From the NCBI GenBank assembly GCA_040901985.1, contig JBBDYC010000011.1, forward strand, positions 9,633 through 73,632: a stretch of DNA of 64,000 bases, in the 5' to 3' direction. Positions within the stretch are counted from its first letter, which is position 1. Every line of letters starts with the position of its first letter. Of this stretch, positions 57,988-64,000 are shown in pieces. The position numbers were made by a program, and so were the translations under genes. The notes below the pieces were generated by a model. It saw only the letters and a list, made by a program, of their open reading frames with translations. It searched no databases and had not been told where the DNA came from. Origin of the DNA: Gemmatimonadaceae bacterium (GTDB taxonomy: Bacteria > Gemmatimonadota > Gemmatimonadetes > Gemmatimonadales > Gemmatimonadaceae).

Positions 57988-59294
57988 ATAAGCGGTGCCA
58001 ACTCCGCTCGGGTGAGCGCTCCGCGATGGCGATTGAGCATCAGGATTGACGCGCCCGCGAAGGCTATCCCTGCCCAGAGAAGCGGCGGGGGTCCGATCCC
58101 CGACCAGAGCATCCACGCCGCGACGCCGCCGAGCGTGAGGTGGCGGGCGGTCTCCAGCGTGCCGGCCCATCGCGCGCCCTCGAAGACGCCGCCGACGCCG
58201 GCGAGCGCGACGGCGACGTAGAACCCCGCCGCCGCCGCGTGCGGGAGTGGAAGCGAGTCGGCGCGCTGCAGCACGAGGAAGGCGGCCACGAGCGCCACTG
58301 CGAACTGCGCGAAGCCATACCACGCAAGCGGCGACGGGACCGGCGGGTCGTACTTCTCGAAGGTCGCGGCGTCCACCGGCTTGGGTCGCTCGCTTTCCCC
58401 CAGCTTGGGTGGCGTCCATCCGGGCCGGCCGAAGACGATCCGCGCCTTGTCGCGCCAGCGGGTCGCGCGCCAGGCATCGCGTGCGATCTGCACGAAGACG
58501 TGCACGTTGGCCCAGAGCGGATTCCAGCTCCGGAGCGGCTTCGTGATGCCGTAGGTCGGCTCCTCCTCCTCCGGCTGGAAGGTCCCGAACCACTTGTCGA
58601 ACACGATGAAGACGCCGGCGTAGTTCCGGTCCTGATACTTCGGGTCCACGCCGTGGTGCACGCGGTGATGCGAGGGCGTGTTGAGCACCGCCTCGGCGAG
58701 GCGCCCCATCCGGCCGATTGCCCGCGTGTGGATCCAGAACTGGTAGACGAGGTTGAGCGCGTTGGCGGCGACGAACATCCGCCACGGCACGCCGATCAAC
58801 GCCAGCGGGATATAGAACACCCACGACATCAGTCCATGGAGCGAACTCTGCCGGAGCGCCACCGGCAGGTTGTACTCCTCGCTCGAGTGGTGCACCACGT
58901 GTCCCGCCCAGAGGATGTTGATCTCGTGGGCGAACCGGTGCGACCAGTAGTAGCAGAAGTCCACGAGGACGAAGATGACGATCCAGCTGAGCAGCGCCGC
59001 GGTGTCCACGACGAAGCCGGGAAAGGCGTCGGCGCCGACGACGGGCGCGCGCTCGGGCCACGCGGGGATCTGCGGGATCAGCCGCTGGATCGGGGCCCGC
59101 GTGCCGACCCAGATGAAGATCCCGATCGTCAGGAGTTTCGTGAAGATCCCCGAGAGCTGCATCAGGATCCCGCAGCTCAGGTCGGCGAGCGAGTCGTTCA
59201 GGCGCATCACCCGGCGCCCCGTCGTGCGGCTCCAGAGGAGCTCGGCCACGATGAGGAGAAAGAAGAGCGGGATTGACGCCTGGATGATGGCCAT
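57984..59294 (-). CDS. Sterol desaturase / fatty acid hydroxylase family, alkylglycerol monooxygenase-like
   Basis: His boxes HRFAH, HVVHH and HHRVHH, plus RQSS, NYAG...DKWFGTF and an extra C-terminal membrane domain. ATG at 59294. Confidence 0.85.
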   Translation of the reverse strand: MAIIQASIPLFFLLIVAELLWSRTTGRRVMRLNDSLADLSCGILMQLSGIFTKLLTIGIFIWVGTRAPIQRLIPQIPAWPERAPVVGADAFPGFVVDTAALLSWIVIFVLVDFCYYWSHRFAHEINILWAGHVVHHSSEEYNLPVALRQSSLHGLMSWVFYIPLALIGVPWRMFVAANALNLVYQFWIHTRAIGRMGRLAEAVLNTPSHHRVHHGVDPKYQDRNYAGVFIVFDKWFGTFQPEEEEPTYGITKPLRSWNPLWANVHVFVQIARDAWRATRWRDKARIVFGRPGWTPPKLGESERPKPVDAATFEKYDPPVPSPLAWYGFAQFAVALVAAFLVLQRADSLPLPHAAAAGFYVAVALAGVGGVFEGARWAGTLETARHLTLGGVAAWMLWSGIGPPPLLWAGIAFAGASILMLNRHRGALTRAELAPLM

Positions 59295-59318
59295 CGTGCG
59301 GAATAGTAGATTATCCGC

Positions 59319-60125
59319 GTGTCCAAGACCAATCAGGCATTCCCTCGCCCCCTTGCGGTGATCACCGGCGCCTCGGCCGGGATCGGCAAGGTCTTCGCGC
59401 AGCAGCTCGCGGAGCGTGGCTTCGACCTGCTGCTCGTGGCGCGCGACGCCGGGCGACTGACCGCCCTCGCCGACGAGTTGGCGCTCCAGTACGGCGTCGC
59501 CGCAGAGGCCTGGCCGGCCGACCTCTCGCGCGACGAGGGAATGCGCAAGCTCGCCGAGGCTCTTGCCAGGAGCGACCGCCTGATGGTGCTCGTCAACAAC
59601 GCCGGATTCGGCACCAAGGGGCTGCTCGCCACGCGCCCGGTGGGCGAGCAGGCGACGATGCTCGAACTGCACGTGATGGCGCCGATGCTCCTCACGCGGG
59701 CGGCACTCCCCGGAATGCTCGCGCGCCGCGAGGGTGTGATCATCACCGTCTCCTCGGTGGCGTCGTTCATGACGAACCGCGGGAGCGTGAACTACTGCGC
59801 CACCAAGGCCTACCAACGCGTGCTGATGGAGTCACTCGCGCTGGAGCTCGAGGGGACGGGCGTGCGGGCGCAGGCGCTCTGTCCGGGATTCGTCCACACC
59901 GAGTTCCACGACCGCGCCCAGATGAAGAAGACGGCGATCCCCGGCATCCCGTGGCTCGACGCGGGGTACGTGGTGCGGGAGTCGCTCGCCGCGGCGTTCG
60001 GCGACGGCCCGGTGGTCGTGATCCCGAAGTTCAGCTATCGGTTCGTCACCTGGCTCTTCCAGGTCACGCCGCGCTCGATCCGACAGGCGTTCCAGCGACG
60101 CTACGGACGTGCGCGGGTGGAGTGA
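59319..60125 (+). CDS. Short-chain dehydrogenase/reductase
   Basis: ITGASAGIG, NNAG, SS, YCATK, CPGFVHTEF. Confidence 0.93.
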   Translation: MSKTNQAFPRPLAVITGASAGIGKVFAQQLAERGFDLLLVARDAGRLTALADELALQYGVAAEAWPADLSRDEGMRKLAEALARSDRLMVLVNNAGFGTKGLLATRPVGEQATMLELHVMAPMLLTRAALPGMLARREGVIITVSSVASFMTNRGSVNYCATKAYQRVLMESLALELEGTGVRAQALCPGFVHTEFHDRAQMKKTAIPGIPWLDAGYVVRESLAAAFGDGPVVVIPKFSYRFVTWLFQVTPRSIRQAFQRRYGRARVE

Positions 60126-60138
60126 GGCGCCGGGCCGC

Positions 60139-61371
60139 TCAGGTGAAGGCGTTCAGCCCCGTCACCGCCTGCCCGAGGATCAGCGCGTGGATGTCGTGCG
60201 TCCCCTCGTAGGTGTAGACGCTCTCGAGATTCGCCATATGCCGCATGCTCGCGTACTCGGCGACGATCCCGTTGGCGCCGAGCAGGCGCCGCGCCTCGCG
60301 CGCGACGTCGGTCGCGATGTTCACGTTGTTGCGCTTGGCCAGTGAGACCTGCTGCGGGGTGAAGGTCCCGGCGTCCTTCATCCGGCCGAGGTGGAGCGAG
60401 ACGAGCTGCCCCTTGACGATCTCGGTGAGCATCTCGGCGAGGCGCACCTGCTGGATCTGGAAGCCGCCGATCGGCCGGCCGAACATCACGCGCTCCTTCG
60501 CGTAGCTGAGCGCCTCCTCGTAGCAGGCCATCGCGGCGCCGAGGGCGCCCCAGGAGATGCCGTAGCGCGCCTGGGTGAGGCACATCAGCGGGCTCTTGAG
60601 CCCGCCGCTCGCAGGGAGGATCGCGTCGGCCGGGAGGTGGACGTCGCTGAAGACCAGCTCGCTCGTGTCGGAGGCGCGGAGCGAGAGCTTCCCCTTCTGG
60701 TCCTTCGCCTTGAAGCCCTTGCTGTCGGTGGGCACGAGGAATCCGCGGATGCTCGTCCCGTCCTCGTCCTTGTCCTCGGTCTTGGCCCAGACGACCGCCA
60801 CGTGCGCGGTCGAGCCATTGGTGATCCACATCTTCGCGCCACTGAGCACCCAACTCCCGTCCTTCTGCTTCCGCGCGCGGGTGATCATCCCGGCCGGGTT
60901 GGACCCGTAGTCGGGTTCGGTGAGGCCGAAGCAGCCGATCTTCGTGCCCTTCGCCATCTGCGGGAGCCAGTGCCGCTTCTGCTCCTCGGAGCCGAAGGCA
61001 TGGATGGGATACATCACGAGCGCGCCCTGGACCGACGCGAACGAGCGGATCCCCGAATCGCCGCGCTCGAGCTCCTGCATGATGAGCCCGTACATCACGT
61101 TGTTGAGCCCGGCACAGCCGTATTCCTCCGGCAGGTTCGCGCCGAAGTAGCCGTGCTCCGCCATCTCGGCGATCAGTTCCTTCGGGAAGCGCCCGTCCAC
61201 ATAGCACTGGCCGATGATCGGAAGGACCTTGGCGTCCACGAAGGCGCGAACGGCGTCGCGGACGGCGCGCTCCTCCTCGGTCAGGGCGGCGTCAATGTTG
61301 AACAGGTCGCCGTCGCGCGGCTTGAGCTGCGGCGAGGCGAGGAAGGACGGGACGTCGAGGTGCTGGGTCAC
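60139..61371 (-). CDS. Acyl-CoA dehydrogenase (glutaryl-CoA dehydrogenase-like)
   Basis: ELERGDSGIRS, GCFGLTEPDYGS, KMWITN, LSLRAS.T, GANGI, YTYEGT. GTG start at 61371. Confidence 0.9.
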   Translation of the reverse strand: MTQHLDVPSFLASPQLKPRDGDLFNIDAALTEEERAVRDAVRAFVDAKVLPIIGQCYVDGRFPKELIAEMAEHGYFGANLPEEYGCAGLNNVMYGLIMQELERGDSGIRSFASVQGALVMYPIHAFGSEEQKRHWLPQMAKGTKIGCFGLTEPDYGSNPAGMITRARKQKDGSWVLSGAKMWITNGSTAHVAVVWAKTEDKDEDGTSIRGFLVPTDSKGFKAKDQKGKLSLRASDTSELVFSDVHLPADAILPASGGLKSPLMCLTQARYGISWGALGAAMACYEEALSYAKERVMFGRPIGGFQIQQVRLAEMLTEIVKGQLVSLHLGRMKDAGTFTPQQVSLAKRNNVNIATDVAREARRLLGANGIVAEYASMRHMANLESVYTYEGTHDIHALILGQAVTGLNAFT

Positions 61372-61452
61372 GCGTGGGCCCGGTGACGGTGGTCGGGGGA
61401 ATCTAACCGTCGGCTGGGTTTTGCGCGTCCGCCGGGCGCTGTACCTTTGGCG

Positions 61453-63192
61453 ATGCCCCACAGCGTCCCGCTCATCGCGACGATTTCCGGCGCCTTCGGC
61501 CTGGCGCTGCTGTTGGGTTTCATCGCGGTGCGGCTCAAGCTCCCGGCGCTGGTCGGCTACCTCGTCGCCGGCGTGGTGGTGGGGCCGTTCACGCCAGGCA
61601 TCGTCGTGGACCTCGAGATCACGCAGCAGCTCGCCGAGGTCGGCGTGATGCTGCTGATGTTCGGCGTGGGACTCCATCTCTCGTTTGAGGACCTGCTCGC
61701 GGTCAGGAAGATCGCGCTCCCGGGCGCAATCCTGCAGATCGCGGTGGCGACCGGGTTCGGCATCGCGCTGGCGCTCTGGTGGGGGTGGAGTCTCGGCGCG
61801 GGCATCGTCTTCGGACTCGCCCTCTCGGTCGCCAGCACCGTGGTGCTGATCCGCGCGCTCGAGGCCACCGGCTTGCTCGAAACGCTGACCGGCCGGATTG
61901 CCGTCGGCTGGCTCGTGGTCGAGGATCTCGTGACGGTCCTCGTCCTTGTGCTCCTGCCGCCGCTCGCCGTGGTGCTGGGCGGCAGTCCCGCCGCGGCGCT
62001 GACGCTGGGCGGCGACCCGTCGCTGGCCAAACAGCTCGCGCTGACGCTGGGCAGCGTCGGGCTCTTCGTGGTGCTGATGCTGGTCGTCGGCACGCGCGCC
62101 TTCCCCTGGCTCCTCTGGCAGGTGGCCAAGACCGGGTCGCGCGAACTCTTCACCCTCTGCGTGGTCGCGGTGGCGATCGGGATTGCCTACGCCGCGGCGG
62201 CGCTCTTCGGCGTGTCGTTCGCCCTCGGCGCGTTCTTCTCGGGGATGGTGCTGCAGAGCTCAGAGTTCAGCGCCCGCGCCGCCCGCGAGTCGCTCCCGCT
62301 GCGCGACGCCTTCTCGGTGCTCTTCTTCGTCTCGGTCGGGATGCTCTTCGACCCGTCCGTGCTCTGGATGGAGCCGTGGCACGTGGTGGCGGTCCTCGCG
62401 GTGATCATGTTCGGAAAATCCATCGCGGCGTTCGGCCTGGTCCTCCTCTTCGGCTATCCGCTCAACACGGCGCTGACCGTCTCGGCAAGTCTCGCCCAGA
62501 TCGGCGAGTTCTCGTTCATCCTCGCCGGGATGGGGGTTGCGCTCGGACTGATGCCGGTCGAGGGCCAGAACCTGATCCTCGCCGGCGCGGTCGTCTCGAT
62601 CGCGCTCAACCCGCTCGTCTTCAGTCTGATCGCGCCGGCGCGGCGGTGGATCCTCACGCGGTCCCGGCTGGCGCGGTATATGCTCCGCCACACCGACCGA
62701 CTGGCCGAACTCCCGCACTCGGTGCCCCCGGAACGGCTGACGGGCCACGTGCTGATCGTCGGGTATGGCCGCGTCGGCCGCCGGATCGGCGAGGCGTTGC
62801 TGGCACGAAGCATCCCGATCGTGGTCGCCGAGGAGAACCGGGAGATCGTCGAGCGGCTCCGCGCGCAGGGCGTCCCCGCCGTCTCGGGCAATGCGGCGGA
62901 ACCGGACGTGATGATCCAGGCGCACGTGGCGCGGGCGCGGGCGCTGGTGATCGCGATGCCGGACGCCGCGGCGGCCCGGGCGATGATTGACACCGCACAC
63001 AAGCTGCGTCCGGACATCGTCACGATCGTGCGGACCCACAGCGACGATGAGGCAACCCTGCTGCGGCAGATCATCGGGCCAGGCGCGGTGCTGATGGGGG
63101 AGGAGGAGCTCGCCAACGGGATGACGCAGTCGGTGCTCACCCACCTCTCCGTGCCGGAGCCGACGGATCAGCGCGTGAAGCAGCGGTCCTGA
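61453..63192 (+). CDS. ybaL: CPA2/Kef-family cation:proton antiporter with TrkA-N domain (YbaL-like)
   Basis: GYLVAG, MFGVGLH, ASTVV, VEDL, FFVSVG, QIGEFSF, and C-terminal VGYGRVG. Confidence 0.9.
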   Translation: MPHSVPLIATISGAFGLALLLGFIAVRLKLPALVGYLVAGVVVGPFTPGIVVDLEITQQLAEVGVMLLMFGVGLHLSFEDLLAVRKIALPGAILQIAVATGFGIALALWWGWSLGAGIVFGLALSVASTVVLIRALEATGLLETLTGRIAVGWLVVEDLVTVLVLVLLPPLAVVLGGSPAAALTLGGDPSLAKQLALTLGSVGLFVVLMLVVGTRAFPWLLWQVAKTGSRELFTLCVVAVAIGIAYAAAALFGVSFALGAFFSGMVLQSSEFSARAARESLPLRDAFSVLFFVSVGMLFDPSVLWMEPWHVVAVLAVIMFGKSIAAFGLVLLFGYPLNTALTVSASLAQIGEFSFILAGMGVALGLMPVEGQNLILAGAVVSIALNPLVFSLIAPARRWILTRSRLARYMLRHTDRLAELPHSVPPERLTGHVLIVGYGRVGRRIGEALLARSIPIVVAEENREIVERLRAQGVPAVSGNAAEPDVMIQAHVARARALVIAMPDAAAARAMIDTAHKLRPDIVTIVRTHSDDEATLLRQIIGPGAVLMGEEELANGMTQSVLTHLSVPEPTDQRVKQRS

Positions 63193-63986
63193 CGCGGCTC
63201 AAAGTCGCCGCGCTCCGCGCTCCAGACACAGGCGCGGACGCGGACCTCCGTCGGGTCCACCTCGACCTCCTGGAACGACGCCGGGAGCCCGCCACGCGTC
63301 CGCTCGCAGAACGAGGCGCTGTGCGAGACAATCGTTCGCCGCGCGCCGAGCGCGAACTCCTCGATCCGCGTCTGGTGGTCGTGCCCGTTGAGCACAAGCT
63401 GCGCGCCGGTGTCGAGCGCGTCGCCGATCGCGTCGGCCCGGGCGGCAAGTCCCCACCGCCGCGAGAGGTCGCCGCGCAGGAGATTGTGATGGAACACGAG
63501 GACCTTGAGGTCGGCGGCCGGCGCGGCGGCAAAGGCGGCGCGGGCCCGCGCCCACTGTCCCGGCGTGATGGCCCCGACGATTGACAGGTCGCGCGGGCGC
63601 TTGGTCAGCGTATAGGGCTGGATGCCGTGGCAGGAGTTGAGCGCGACAATCGTCACCCCGGGGAGCCGCAGCGAGGGCTCGACGTCCGGCGAAATCCACT
63701 TGCGGTACCCACGCAACAGCGGCCAGCGCGGGCCGATGCCAAACGGCTTCCACCACCAGGCCACATCGTGATTCCCGGGGACGACCACCACCGGCGCGTG
63801 CGCCCGGAGCGCATCGAGGAACGCCTTCGCCTGCCGGAACTGCCAGCGGAAGTTGCGCTGCGTCAGGTCGCCGGCGACGACCACCGCGTCGTAGCGCTTG
63901 GAGGCGACGCGGCGCGTGATCGCGTCGGTGTACCCGGCGACCGCGTGGCGTCCGAAGTGGACGTCGGAGACCTGGAGGAGCCGCAC
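63168..63986 (-). CDS. Calcineurin-like metallophosphoesterase
   Basis: SDVHFG, GDLT, PGNHD, HH, NGHDH. 3' end overlaps the convergent antiporter gene by 25 bp. Confidence 0.9.
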   Translation of the reverse strand: MRLLQVSDVHFGRHAVAGYTDAITRRVASKRYDAVVVAGDLTQRNFRWQFRQAKAFLDALRAHAPVVVVPGNHDVAWWWKPFGIGPRWPLLRGYRKWISPDVEPSLRLPGVTIVALNSCHGIQPYTLTKRPRDLSIVGAITPGQWARARAAFAAAPAADLKVLVFHHNLLRGDLSRRWGLAARADAIGDALDTGAQLVLNGHDHQTRIEEFALGARRTIVSHSASFCERTRGGLPASFQEVEVDPTEVRVRACVWSAERGDFEPRQDRCFTR

Positions 63987-64000
63987 GGGTCGGCGGGGCG

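Noticed and set aside
59319-60125. SDR as sepiapterin reductase (YCATK resembles YCAGK)
   Set aside because: The overall sequence looks like a generic DltE-type SDR, and the single motif is insufficient evidence.
63168-63192. 25-bp convergent overlap of the antiporter and phosphoesterase genes
   Set aside because: Short tail-to-tail overlaps are common in compact high-GC genomes, and there is no further signal.

Overview
64-kb high-GC bacterial chromosomal window, probably Gemmatimonadota (inferred from gene families such as the Hanks kinase with TolB-like propeller, the ECF sigma/anti-sigma/bactofilin-like triad and the futalosine-type menaquinone genes). About 68 densely packed CDS. I found no tRNA, rRNA, CRISPR array, integrase or transposase. 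The left ~17 kb is accessory-like: GT2 plus GH26, DASS transporter, P-type ATPase, USP, DUF302, a three-gene micro-protein / NoeA-like / LtaS-like module, DUF808, lipoproteins and a Ser/Thr kinase. The rest is mostly core: deaD, trans-sulfuration enzyme, purD, mutM, UvrC-like nuclease, menG-ubiD-ubiA-ubiX, mrp, type IV minor pilins, nrnA, guaB, gpmI, Moco genes, nfeD-floA, FadF-ETF-acyl-CoA dehydrogenase and a Kef-type antiporter. The best candidate for an undescribed system is the 8340-11433 module. Its NoeA-like protein seems to carry a kinase-like domain fused to a SAM methyltransferase (WbdD-like logic, reversed domain order), and it is coupled to a Thr-nucleophile membrane phospho-transferase and a ~54-aa membrane peptide. 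Other leads: a Ser/Thr kinase that needs a non-AUG start; an ECF-type promoter between the sigma and anti-sigma genes; several structured or palindromic intergenic elements; recurrent leaderless-type promoters; a METTL20-like methyltransferase near etfB; and an alkylglycerol-monooxygenase-like gene. All family calls come from motif recognition only; no database searches were run.
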